The position numbers and the translations under genes are program-made. A stretch of 64,000 nucleotides of DNA from a virus. The notes under the pieces were generated by a model. It was not told where the DNA came from and ran no database searches. It saw only the letters and a list, made by a program, of their open reading frames with translations. Location: positions 1-64,000 of IMG/VR virus record IMGVR_UViG_641201025_000001, one strand, 5' to 3'. Of this stretch, positions 43,051 through 51,172 are shown piece after piece (within the stretch, counting starts at the first letter, position 1; the number at the start of each line of letters is the position of its first letter).

Positions 43051-43358
43051 AAAAGATCATCATTGCAGCGGCAATTCTCGCGGCATCGACCGGCGCATTC
43101 GCAAAGCGTCTCCCCGGAGGCGCAACGTGGCCCGATTGCACGTCTCTCGGCGCACAGGGGGCCGTCATTTCACAAGCCATTCACCAAGGGATTCCGTTCG
43201 AGGAAATGGAGGCTCAGATTCTCGAAAACACGAATCTGCGGCGCACCGAGAAAGCCGCGCTGCTCGGACTGCTTATGGTCCTCGAAGAGCCTCAGTATCA
43301 GATGCTTTCGCCGCTGCAATTCGGGGAATTCACGAAACGCTGGTGCAATTCGAAGTGA
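43047..43358 (+). CDS. secreted protein with signal peptide
   Basis: MKKIIIAAAILAASTGAFA signal; 103 aa. Confidence 0.4.
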   Translation: MKKIIIAAAILAASTGAFAKRLPGGATWPDCTSLGAQGAVISQAIHQGIPFEEMEAQILENTNLRRTEKAALLGLLMVLEEPQYQMLSPLQFGEFTKRWCNSK

Positions 43359-43368
43359 CGAGGAAACA

Positions 43369-43542
43369 ATGAAACGTATTGTTTCTATTCTAATACTGAC
43401 AATTCTGTCCGGTTGTGCTACGATAGCGGATCGCGCGAGCGATGCGCCGATTCGGCACCCGTGCGGAAACGTGTGGGATGTATGCCCCGGAGATAGCGCG
43501 TTCCTCGATCGGATTAACGCTGTTCTTCAGGGGCATATGTGA
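43369..43542 (+). CDS. small lipoprotein (o-spanin-like or superinfection-exclusion-like)
   Basis: Lipobox ILTILSGC, 57 aa, 3 additional Cys; AGGAAACA ATG. Confidence 0.4.
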   Translation: MKRIVSILILTILSGCATIADRASDAPIRHPCGNVWDVCPGDSAFLDRINAVLQGHM

Positions 43543-43763
43543 TGTTCAAATGGAAGAAACGCCGGTTCCGATGGTTGCCGCGCCTCTCGAACGAAAACAT
43601 CGAAATAGCAGCGGACATCGCGTTTAAATCGTCGTCCGGACTTACGAAGGTTGCGTTCTTGAAAGGCGCGATTATCGCATTGATAACCGGCCTGTCTCAA
43701 CTCAATCCCGACTACGTGGAAGCGCTAGTCGAAGAAGCAACGAAAATCATTTCCACGCATTAA
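43542..43763 (+). CDS. small membrane protein
   Basis: 73 aa; basic N-terminus followed by a TM helix. Confidence 0.35.
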   Translation: MFKWKKRRFRWLPRLSNENIEIAADIAFKSSSGLTKVAFLKGAIIALITGLSQLNPDYVEALVEEATKIISTH

Positions 43764-44403
43764 GAGCCGCTTCATAGCGGCTTTTTCGCGTCGGCCCGTG
43801 ATTCGCGGCACAGGATGTCTGACCGTTCACAATTTTCGTTGTTGCGTCAAAATCGCCCGCATCGATCGCGGCGAGAAACCCCGCCTTGTATTTCGTACAG
43901 AACCAGACGGCCGAACGAGCGCCGTTTTTCGGTTCTGCGAGAAGTTCCGGAGTGTTCACCATATCCACGTCGCATGCGAGCATAAACGCGAACTGAGTGT
44001 CTTTGCCGGTCAACTGAATCGGGCCGACGCCGCGATGTCGCCAACCGTCTCCGCTCGCCTCGTCACCGTTCCCCATGCGGTTCGCGTAGACGTTGTTCGC
44101 GATCGCCTGAGGATTTCGCGCGATACGGTTCGCGAGATCGTTCGGAGCGCCGCCGGGACGCCCCGTGACACTGTACCGCGAGCCCCACGTGTTCGCGAGC
44201 CCCTGAGCGCTGTAATTCAGGTTCTCGAAAAATACAGTCAATCCGGCCGACTCGACTCCGACATGCGCCAAAACCGCACAGACGCGTTCAGGCGTGTTCA
44301 GGCCGAATTCGTCGCATGCAGCCTCGAACGCAGGAAGCCACGCTTGCGCGGCGGAATCTTTGCAGGCCGTAGCCGTCTGAAATACGTTAATCGGAATGTT
44401 CAT
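43747..44403 (-). CDS. glycoside hydrolase family 19 (chitinase-like) endolysin
   Basis: GH19 signature-like segments (YSAQGLANTWGSRY…NVYANRMGNGDEASGDGWRHRGVGPIQLTG); AAGGTGA SD. Confidence 0.65.
   Translation of the reverse strand: MNIPINVFQTATACKDSAAQAWLPAFEAACDEFGLNTPERVCAVLAHVGVESAGLTVFFENLNYSAQGLANTWGSRYSVTGRPGGAPNDLANRIARNPQAIANNVYANRMGNGDEASGDGWRHRGVGPIQLTGKDTQFAFMLACDVDMVNTPELLAEPKNGARSAVWFCTKYKAGFLAAIDAGDFDATTKIVNGQTSCAANHGPTRKSRYEAALNAWK
43763..43788 (+). terminator. rho-independent terminator (plus strand), embedded in the 3' end of the convergent endolysin gene
   Basis: AGCCGCT-tcat-AGCGGCT followed by TTTTC. Confidence 0.6.
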
Positions 44404-44815
44404 AAATCACCTTTGGTCGAACGGGCCAATCGATTTCCATCGGAAATCCGATCTGGTTTCTAACTTCTCGAATCAGAACACGATATCCGCGCCATTCGCT
44501 TTCAGCGACTTTGTTCTGAACGTCAGTCGCATACTCGATTTGCGGGCCAGCGAATTGAAGTTCTTCCTTGATACGAATTCCTGCCGAATTATTCGCACAA
44601 GCGAGTTTCCATTCGCTATCGTAAACCTCTGCCAAGCGCTTTATTTGCGCCATTGTCGGCTCGAAATGCTTTTTGCTCTTCCACCCCTGAATTTCAGGGT
44701 CGCCGACTTGATTGCCGTTGTCGTCAGTTCGAGCGCAAATGTGAAAATCCTTCCCGGATTGAAGTTCCGGGAAGGCTTGCTTCAAAGTGAACCAAACTCT
44801 TTCTTGCGAAATCAC
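44387..44815 (-). CDS. putative tail-fibre assembly protein
   Basis: 142 aa, immediately downstream of the tail-fibre gene (P2 H-G-like order); GTG start 1 nt after the fibre stop. Confidence 0.4.
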   Translation of the reverse strand: MISQERVWFTLKQAFPELQSGKDFHICARTDDNGNQVGDPEIQGWKSKKHFEPTMAQIKRLAEVYDSEWKLACANNSAGIRIKEELQFAGPQIEYATDVQNKVAESEWRGYRVLIREVRNQIGFPMEIDWPVRPKVIYEHSD

Positions 44816-44816
44816 T

Positions 44817-46955
44817 TTAGTCTACTCGCGAATATCGTGCATACATGTAAATAGCGTTCGCCGTCGCCTCTCCGGTCGAAGCGGTAACGCCGGTAAGGAA
44901 CATGTTCGACGGAATTTCACCGAAGCCAGCCGCCGGGCCGTAACGCTGATTGCCACCGTTCCAGACGACGCCCGAGCCGCGCGGCACGCGTGCGTTCACT
45001 TGGTTGAAAATGTACGTCGAAAGAGCGCCGCCCCATACCGTACCGAAAAGGTTCCCGTCGTTTTGGAGATACGTCCCGCCGACCGCATCTTCCAGAATAT
45101 TGGACTGAGTGGAACTGGAAACCCGTTTCAGAGTGCCGTTTGACTGGACATCCCATCGGCAAAGTTCGACCGTGTAGTTCGCGTTGACGTTTCGCAGACG
45201 AATCCCGCCGACGCCCCCAGCGGGGTTGTTGATGATGGAGGTTGCGCCGCCGCCGTTGTCCTCGTTCCAGCAGAAGTTCGCGCCGCCCTGCGTCGGAAGG
45301 CTGATGCCGCCGGTAACGTGAACGTCGCCGAAACTCGGACCGTTTGCGGCATTCGCTGCCGTGCCACGGGCGACATACGGAACGTCGTTTGTCAATTGCG
45401 ACAGCTTATTGAGCGTCGCTTGCGACCACACGGTAGAGCCGGCCACTTGCGCGCCTTGCGGGAAGTTCACAATCCCGTTCGTGCGGTTCGAGTTCATCAG
45501 CGTGAACTTGAACGTGCCGGTGTTGTCCATCGCGTTCAACGCGAGATTCGACCCGGTGTCGCCGGCCCCTTCTGCCGTCGCATCCATGTAGAACTGATAC
45601 CGGGTCGTTCCGCGCTTCAACAGAAACTGCGCGACGTGAGTGGCGTCGTTTGCATCTGCGATAAATGCCGCGTCTTGGCCCGCTGCGGCCCCGCTCTTTG
45701 CCGTCGCCGTCCAATTGAACGTAGGGTTCAGGCTCGAAACGAAGTTCGCACGAACCCACGCCGCGTTCGCGATCCGCTGCGTGTTGTCCGTTGCGACCAG
45801 AGTCGGTACGATCGAGCCGGAATAGGCAAGCGATGCCGTACCTGCCACGAGAACGAACCCCGTCGACTGCGCGACGAAGACTGCCGAATCGCCGGGCTGC
45901 AAAACGATGCTCGTAACCGCCGCTCCCGGAACGAGCAAGGTTTTCCCCGCTGCTGCGTTGACCGTAAGCGCACCGGTCGAAGACAGGTTGAAAATGCTGA
46001 TCGCGGCACCGGCCCGAGTGAACGTCGCCTGATCCGGCATCGTGACTGCGGCCGCAGCAGCTTGACCATAAACTGACATCGCGCCGGCATACGAGACATC
46101 CAGAACCGTTGCATTCGCGAGAACCTTGTAACCCGAATAGCTGCCGAGTTCCCGATTAACCCACGACGTGTTCGGAAGGTTGGTCGTGCTGTCGAACTGA
46201 GCCGGCGCGCTCGCGACTTTCGAGTTCGCCGCGAGCGTAATCGCGCCGGTAGTGGTGTCTCCGCGACGGTTGATGCTTTCTTGCCATGCCGTATAGGTCG
46301 CACCGTTCTGCGTCGCACCGCGCGTGTAGACGCGGCCGTTCCGATCCGTGTAAATCTGAACCGTGACCGTGTTGCCCGAGTCCACGTCGCGGCTTTCGAG
46401 CATGCCGGCGATACCGACAGGCGAGTTCGGCGATGCTGCCGCGATCGCGTCGGTCGGGATATACCACGTGCCGCGACGGAACGTGTTGAAATCGGTTGCG
46501 GACGCAACGATACCCGTACCCGAACCGCCGCCGACAGGCATCGGAATGTGTGAAAGAGTTTCAGACGAGAATTCGAAGTATTGCCACGTCGTCGAGTTCT
46601 GCGGATCGGAAACGTTGTTATTCGTCGTCGATCGATAGGGCATCCAATCGCCGCCGGCATTCTGTCGAACGACGATCGCATTCACGACATAACCGCCCGG
46701 CATGCCGGAATCCCACGCCGGGAACCCCATTTGCTGCCATGCTTGAACGTTCTGAGTGAGGATCGAGAACAATTGGTTCTGAATTCGACGCTCGACAGCC
46801 TTCGCTTTCGGATTGCCCGATTTCAGCGAAATTTCGTAGTCGGCCGTGTAGCCCGTAGTGAAGTTGACGAAGCCATTCGGATCAGCGGCAGTCGGAATCG
46901 CGATCGTGTCGCCTTGCTTGGCCCACGGTACGGTAATCAGCGGCGGAGTGAACAT
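44817..46955 (-). CDS. tail fibre protein
   Basis: 712 aa from ATG at 46955 (5 nt after the gpI stop); a TTG at 46997 is an alternative. Ser/Thr/Gly/Ala-rich beta composition and position after baseplate J/I. Confidence 0.6.
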   Translation of the reverse strand: MFTPPLITVPWAKQGDTIAIPTAADPNGFVNFTTGYTADYEISLKSGNPKAKAVERRIQNQLFSILTQNVQAWQQMGFPAWDSGMPGGYVVNAIVVRQNAGGDWMPYRSTTNNNVSDPQNSTTWQYFEFSSETLSHIPMPVGGGSGTGIVASATDFNTFRRGTWYIPTDAIAAASPNSPVGIAGMLESRDVDSGNTVTVQIYTDRNGRVYTRGATQNGATYTAWQESINRRGDTTTGAITLAANSKVASAPAQFDSTTNLPNTSWVNRELGSYSGYKVLANATVLDVSYAGAMSVYGQAAAAAVTMPDQATFTRAGAAISIFNLSSTGALTVNAAAGKTLLVPGAAVTSIVLQPGDSAVFVAQSTGFVLVAGTASLAYSGSIVPTLVATDNTQRIANAAWVRANFVSSLNPTFNWTATAKSGAAAGQDAAFIADANDATHVAQFLLKRGTTRYQFYMDATAEGAGDTGSNLALNAMDNTGTFKFTLMNSNRTNGIVNFPQGAQVAGSTVWSQATLNKLSQLTNDVPYVARGTAANAANGPSFGDVHVTGGISLPTQGGANFCWNEDNGGGATSIINNPAGGVGGIRLRNVNANYTVELCRWDVQSNGTLKRVSSSTQSNILEDAVGGTYLQNDGNLFGTVWGGALSTYIFNQVNARVPRGSGVVWNGGNQRYGPAAGFGEIPSNMFLTGVTASTGEATANAIYMYARYSRVD

Positions 46956-46959
46956 GTTT

Positions 46960-47652
46960 TTAGGGTTCCTGAATTGCGGTAATTTTGCTCCCCGCAAAAG
47001 AAGGGAGAATTCCGTATGTGCTTTGCGTGGTGTTCAAAAGATTGATGAACTGAGCCGAAAGGTTCAAGCCCGCGCCAAACCGATATTCTATCTGAAACGC
47101 ACCGGTGACGGCACCCGTGCTTGCGTCAGGAACGATCGTCGAATCTGCCACATACGCGTACACCTTATTTGCGTAATCCCAATCCTCACCATCGTTGAAA
47201 ATCCACTGAAGCATGCGATTTACATACTCGATCCGGCCATTCCCGACGAGCGCGGCATAACGCAGCATGAGCGCGTATCTCACTTCGTCGAGATTCAGAA
47301 GAGTCGAGTCCGAGCCGCCGTAGAAGTTGCCGCCGACGAGGTTCGCGTCGGCAGGAGCAGGCGAGCCGCCGGACCAGACATAGTTCTCGCGCTGATCCCC
47401 ATAGGCCCACGCCGTATCGATCGGATACAGGCCGAACTTCGTCGACGGCAGACCCAAAATAATACACCAGACCTGAAGGCCGAACGGGTTCGCCGTTTTG
47501 ATATTGAAAACTGAGTCGAACCAATTTTCCCAAAATCGGGTGTTATAGGTTCGATACCAATCGTTTTCTTGTTGAAGCAAACTCTGAATTTTGGGCGCGT
47601 TGTTTTGCATCCATTTCAGAGCCTGCATTACGTCGCTGTTATATGGCTTCAT
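46960..47652 (-). CDS. baseplate protein (P2 gpI-like tail protein I)
   Basis: 230 aa; position between gpJ and the tail fibre; Trp-rich N-terminus. Confidence 0.5.
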   Translation of the reverse strand: MKPYNSDVMQALKWMQNNAPKIQSLLQQENDWYRTYNTRFWENWFDSVFNIKTANPFGLQVWCIILGLPSTKFGLYPIDTAWAYGDQRENYVWSGGSPAPADANLVGGNFYGGSDSTLLNLDEVRYALMLRYAALVGNGRIEYVNRMLQWIFNDGEDWDYANKVYAYVADSTIVPDASTGAVTGAFQIEYRFGAGLNLSAQFINLLNTTQSTYGILPSFAGSKITAIQEP

Positions 47653-48918
47653 TTAGACGATCGTCACATTGATTCGACCCGCCGCGAGAACAGCACGTTC
47701 GAATTGATTGATAACTTTCTCGTAGACGTAATCTCCCGGAACCGGAATTTGTCCGGCCGGCACGACAGCAACCTTGCATTCCTTCACGTAAAGGCCCGGC
47801 TGCTGACGCGAGATCGAACCGCCGATTTCCCACGACGAGACGGGAGCGCCGATGACCAAACCTTCTTCTCCGTCCTCTTGGCCGTTTGCATAAGACAGCA
47901 TCGCGCTTTGAACGGATTCGGTCGGGTCGGCCGTCGAAGTTCCTTGACCGACCGTGATGTTCACGTAGCAATCGAGCAGGACCGCCGTGACGAGTTTGAC
48001 GTAGTACGTCTTCTTCGACCACGGGTCAACGACCGGCGTCCCGTTCGGCGCGTCAACCTGCGTCCCCTGATTCGCCGCGCCGTAATCCCACGGACAACCG
48101 CCCTGATGCGCCCGGTAGATCGCGAGCGCAAGCGCGGCTTTGTTGTTCGCGGTCATGCCGTCCACGCAGACCCACATTGCATTCGGCAGGGTGAACCTGA
48201 TGCCCTGAACCGGATTCGCGATCTGCGCCGTGTTGTTCTCGACCACGTTCACGGACGTGATGCCGTCGATGTCGAGCGCGTTCGCCTTGATTGCCCCGCT
48301 CGAACCGATTCCCTGCTTGAAAAGCTGCTGTTTCCGCTTCGTTTTCAGCGGGCCATCTTTCAGCGCGGTCGTGCCGGGCTTTGCCACGGTTCCGACCGGA
48401 ACGGTACACGAGCCCCAACCAATGAACGCGTCGATGATTTCGAGGTCGCCGACAGGCAGCGGCACGACGCCATACGCCTGAGATTGCAAGTTCACGGTCG
48501 TGGTTCGGCTCGCCGGGATCGTCACGTCTGTGACCGTCGAGAACACGTCGCCATTGTCCGTCTTGACCCGTGAGCCGGCCGGAATCGTTTTCTGAGGGTC
48601 ACCCGTCACGACGATGCCGGAAGCCGTCGTAGGCGTGTTCTTGCCGCGTCCAATGCCAGCGAACGAGCATACGGCGTCGAGAAAAATGCCGTATGTCTGA
48701 TCGGGGTTCAGCAGGTTCGCCATTTCGGCGTTGTTTTTCATCACCCCGGTTCGAGCGATCGTCGAGCCCGCAATCAGCGTCCCTTGCGTGGTCGCGGCGT
48801 CGACATTCAGGTTTTGACCGAGCGCCGTTTTCCACTCGTTTTGAACGTCTGTCAGAAGGTCCGCCGTATCGGCTACGATTGTGCCGGTATCGGTAATATA
48901 TTCGTATGAAGCCGTCAT
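47653..48918 (-). CDS. baseplate J-like protein
   Basis: 421 aa with AAGGA SD; size and position match gpJ. Confidence 0.55.
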   Translation of the reverse strand: MTASYEYITDTGTIVADTADLLTDVQNEWKTALGQNLNVDAATTQGTLIAGSTIARTGVMKNNAEMANLLNPDQTYGIFLDAVCSFAGIGRGKNTPTTASGIVVTGDPQKTIPAGSRVKTDNGDVFSTVTDVTIPASRTTTVNLQSQAYGVVPLPVGDLEIIDAFIGWGSCTVPVGTVAKPGTTALKDGPLKTKRKQQLFKQGIGSSGAIKANALDIDGITSVNVVENNTAQIANPVQGIRFTLPNAMWVCVDGMTANNKAALALAIYRAHQGGCPWDYGAANQGTQVDAPNGTPVVDPWSKKTYYVKLVTAVLLDCYVNITVGQGTSTADPTESVQSAMLSYANGQEDGEEGLVIGAPVSSWEIGGSISRQQPGLYVKECKVAVVPAGQIPVPGDYVYEKVINQFERAVLAAGRINVTIV

Positions 48919-48929
48919 TTTCTGAATCC

Positions 48930-49694
48930 TTAAAACTGACCGGAATTGTTCGTGAGCGAACCGCCTTGGCTGTCTTTGTACGTGCCGGGTCCGTGAGTGT
49001 GCGTGTCGACTTGCTTATTGTTCACGGTCGTTGTGGCCGGAAGCGTGCACGGTTGACCGGGGGCGGACGTGAAGCCGCCATTCACATTCGTTGTGCCAGT
49101 GACGACCAGATTTTTATCGATCGTAACATTCCCCGTAAATTCCGATTCAGGAGCGCGAACCAAAACTTTCTGAGTCGAAATGAGAATGTTATCGGCACGG
49201 ATGCTGATTTTCGTTGCTCCGTCCGTGCTTTGAATCACCATCGCATCGGCGTCCTCTCCCGCAACAGTGTAATTCCGGAACACGTCCGGATAGAACAGAG
49301 AGTCCGCGAAATTGTGCGTTCGGCGCGTCGGAGCCTTCGATTCCTTCAGAGATTGGAGGAAGAGGCTCAGATCGCGATCAGACGCGACAATCCACCCCAA
49401 ATCGCCGGGCTTCAGCGGAAAGCTGATATGAAATTTACCGCCGCCGAGGGAAAGCGTCGGCACGTCTACGATCTGATCGCGCGAAATGGGGTCGCCGCTC
49501 GTCGTCGTGAACATGATGAGCGGCTGGACGGTAGCAACGTTCTTTTCGCGGTCATACTTGATGACGCGGGCCGGAAGTTGCTGATTCGATTCGAATAGCT
49601 GAAACTGTTTCAGTGCGAAGTCGACGACGGCCGACATGCTCGACCGATCCGCGACGCCATTCTGATTGAGTTTCGGGCTTTGTTTGTCCGCCAT
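48930..49694 (-). CDS. baseplate spike / gpV-like protein
   Basis: 254 aa with a C-terminal HTHGPG (HxH apex-like) motif and a beta-helix-like repeat region. Confidence 0.5.
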   Translation of the reverse strand: MADKQSPKLNQNGVADRSSMSAVVDFALKQFQLFESNQQLPARVIKYDREKNVATVQPLIMFTTTSGDPISRDQIVDVPTLSLGGGKFHISFPLKPGDLGWIVASDRDLSLFLQSLKESKAPTRRTHNFADSLFYPDVFRNYTVAGEDADAMVIQSTDGATKISIRADNILISTQKVLVRAPESEFTGNVTIDKNLVVTGTTNVNGGFTSAPGQPCTLPATTTVNNKQVDTHTHGPGTYKDSQGGSLTNNSGQF

Positions 49695-49728
49695 AACACA
49701 CTCGAAAAGTGAATGGCAAGATTATAAC

Positions 49729-50247
49729 TCAACGTCGATTCGCTTTCGATTCTCGTTCTGCTTGCTCGTGCTGATACGCGATATTTACTCCCTTTGCGGT
49801 CAGAATATCAAACAGCTTAAAGGCATCCTCTAAGGAGTAGTACTCTTCGAGTTCCTTCAAACTTGCCATATCATCCTGTATCAACTGAGCGATGATCGGA
49901 TCAGCGTAATCCGTCGCGACACTCTTTGCCTCGCTCAGAAATTTACGCGGAACCTTTACGCCTTTCCAATTCTTCAGAAATCCGAAGTTGAAATCGTGAA
50001 CGACGAAGAGAATCCCATCAAGAACAACACGCGGCGCGAGAATTTTCGCTTCATCGCGAATTGCTCTGTCGATATTCTCTTCGTCTTTGAGACTCAACCA
50101 TGCGCCCTCGAAAAGAACCTCTGTTTTTTCGAGGAAATCGGTCGGATAAACGTCTTCGTCGGAAAGCAGTTCCAGCCCGCGCGCTGCCGCGAATTGCTTC
50201 GTTCGGTATTTCACGCCGAACGCTTCGAAATTCTTTTCTTTAATCAT
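49729..50247 (-). CDS. hypothetical protein (low-GC insertion in the baseplate operon)
   Basis: 172 aa, clearly lower GC than its neighbours; ATGATTAA overlap with the upstream gene. Confidence 0.4.
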   Translation of the reverse strand: MIKEKNFEAFGVKYRTKQFAAARGLELLSDEDVYPTDFLEKTEVLFEGAWLSLKDEENIDRAIRDEAKILAPRVVLDGILFVVHDFNFGFLKNWKGVKVPRKFLSEAKSVATDYADPIIAQLIQDDMASLKELEEYYSLEDAFKLFDILTAKGVNIAYQHEQAERESKANRR

Positions 50248-51172
50248 TTGCGGGAGGGCTTCCGTAGCCTGTCACATAAAAAGGCGTGTCGCGGGACGTC
50301 AATTGATATTCCAGAATATACACGACATAATCGCCGTTGACTGCATCATTCAGGAGCGAAGTGAGATTCACGCCGCGAGCCAGCTTTACGCGCGCATCGA
50401 AAAGGGTCGTGAACGACACTCCATATTCATTCCAAAGCGGGGTTGAAACGAATTCAGTCAGCTTCGTCACGTCGTTACGGTCTGCGATTTTATTCGCGTC
50501 CTTCACGATCAGCCGGCCGTCGTCGATGAATGCGTAAATGCCTTGACCGTTTCCGCCCGTCATCCCATAGACCGATTGCAGGTACGTCACGAGCGACTGA
50601 AGCGTGACCATCGAGCAAGCGGGGTTCGTCAAAACGTCGTCCGCGTGCGTCGTATCGATTTCCGGTTCCTGATCGAGACGCAATTCTGTGTTCACCCACT
50701 GGATGAACTCCTTCAGCGTCGGTTTCGCCGGAGACTGCCGCGACTTGAACGTGGAGCGATCCATCTGCCGGGTTTGCGCCGTGATCCGCGTCGCGATATC
50801 CGGCGGCCCGGCGATCGGTTCGACGAGGGCAATTTGACCCTTGAACACGGTCGACACTTCGCTGATACCGCGATCGACTGTCGCGACCGTAGAGGCGTTC
50901 GGCGGCGCACGATAGCCGGCTTTGATCTCGACATCGATCGGATTCTCGACGACGCCCTCAGGAGAGGACGCGAGAACGCGCTTCTTCCACGCCGTGAAGC
51001 GGGAAAGAAGGCGCTCACGAACCGATTTCGAGAGGTTCGTGATATCGATCGTCGCGCGGCTCTGCATGACGAAACAGTTTTTCTTGATGTTCACTCTCAG
51101 ATTCAGACTTTCATCGAGCGTAATCGGCTCGCCGTCGATTGTGAAAGTGACTTGTAGGACTCTTGATCGCAT
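50240..51172 (-). CDS. tail/baseplate protein (gpD- or hub-like)
   Basis: 310 aa, directly downstream of the tape-measure gene. Confidence 0.4.
   Translation of the reverse strand: MRSRVLQVTFTIDGEPITLDESLNLRVNIKKNCFVMQSRATIDITNLSKSVRERLLSRFTAWKKRVLASSPEGVVENPIDVEIKAGYRAPPNASTVATVDRGISEVSTVFKGQIALVEPIAGPPDIATRITAQTRQMDRSTFKSRQSPAKPTLKEFIQWVNTELRLDQEPEIDTTHADDVLTNPACSMVTLQSLVTYLQSVYGMTGGNGQGIYAFIDDGRLIVKDANKIADRNDVTKLTEFVSTPLWNEYGVSFTTLFDARVKLARGVNLTSLLNDAVNGDYVVYILEYQLTSRDTPFYVTGYGSPPAND

Noticed and set aside
45318-48573. Plus-strand ORFs (252 and 334 aa and others) opposite the tail fibre and baseplate J genes
   Set aside because: Antisense shadows in a high-GC minus-strand operon.
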